Program-made: the position numbers and the translations under genes
Notes under the pieces: generated by a model
Told to the model about the DNA's origin: nothing
The model's input: only the letters and a program-made list of their open reading frames with translations
The model's database searches: none
Assembly (NCBI GenBank): GCA_032718475.1
Contig: JAUCBJ010003183.1
Coordinates: 1-39,245, forward strand
Source of the DNA: Nemertoderma westbladi
Lineage: Eukaryota; Animalia; Xenacoelomorpha
DNA length: 39,245 nt
Reading direction: 5' to 3'
Part shown: positions 38,581-39,245 of the stretch, piece after piece
Layout of the letters: the number at the start of each line of letters is the position of its first letter
Position numbering within the stretch: the first letter of the stretch is position 1

Positions 38581-39245
38581 CACTGAAAAAACGAAGTTGT
38601 ACTTTTTTCATAAAAAAGTGCCGATTTTCCAAAAAAGTGCATCTGGTTTTGAGTACTCAAACGAGATACGCTTTTTTGAAAAACCGGCACTTTTTCAAGT
38701 AGCAAAAAGAGTCACTTTTTATTACAATATAAAAATGGCACTTTTTCAAGGAGCAGAAAAGAGCACTTTTAATTACTCTAAAAAGTGGTACTTTTTTGAT
38801 AATGTTAGTACTGATTTTCTGTTTAGAAAACGACACTTTTCTGAATATTATTTACGTTTTTATATTCATTAGTAGGAAAAAAGCTCATCTTTTTTTTATG
38901 TAATATGTACTTTACTTGTGGGATAATCATTTAAAACATGCACTTTTTAGATTAAGCAGCACTTATTAAAATATAAAGTGGTACTTTATTTCCAATTAAA
39001 GTGCTACTACTTTCTATTTAAAAATGCCACTCCCCGTATATTTAAGACGCATTTATATTTCTTAGTATGTGAAAAAGAGGTACTTTTATTTGTAATAGGT
39101 ACTTTATTTGTACGATTAATCATTTAAAACATGCACTTTTTAGATTAAGCAGCACTTATTAAAATATAAAGTGCTACTTGATTTCCAATTAAAGTGCTAC
39201 TTTCTATTTAAAAATACCACTCCCCGCTATATTTAAGATCAATTT
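38581..39245. repeat. AT-rich repeat element running off the window, with a tandem duplication of about 193 bp
   Basis: Begins CACTGAAAAAA (CMC/EnSpm-like terminus, unconfirmed). AATCATTTAAAACATGCACTTTTTAGATTAAGCAGCAC occurs at 38925 and 39118; AAGTG/CACTT motifs are frequent. Confidence 0.5.

Overview
AT-rich metazoan (invertebrate-type) genomic DNA; no prokaryotic features. The minus strand carries five in-phase GT-AG exons of a casein kinase 1 gamma (CSNK1G/gilgamesh-type) gene (37614-37762, 36329-36563, 32604-32689, 25790-25896, 6468-6594) plus a candidate tail exon (804-854). Its 5' exons lie beyond the right edge, and the canonical Cys-rich C-terminus is not seen. An intact, intronless Polycomb-group Scm-like ORF (2184-4337, +) probably sits antisense inside a CK1gamma intron. 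The most striking structure is two large minisatellites anchored on this gene's splice sites. A 29-bp array (26070-32626) is an amplification of the last 23 nt of an exon plus its GTAAGT donor. A 27-bp array (6600-10900) runs directly into a 3' splice site and forms a roughly 4.3-kb AG-free, CTAAC-rich tract. The introns also hold a young 5'-truncated RTE LINE with a 12-bp TSD, a decayed LINE, a CRE-like RLE fragment, two copies of a 2.6-kb GGG-terminal TIR element with 4-bp TSDs (Sola2-like), a hAT-type element with an 8-bp TSD, and several MITE/hairpin elements. All calls were made by eye; no searches were run.
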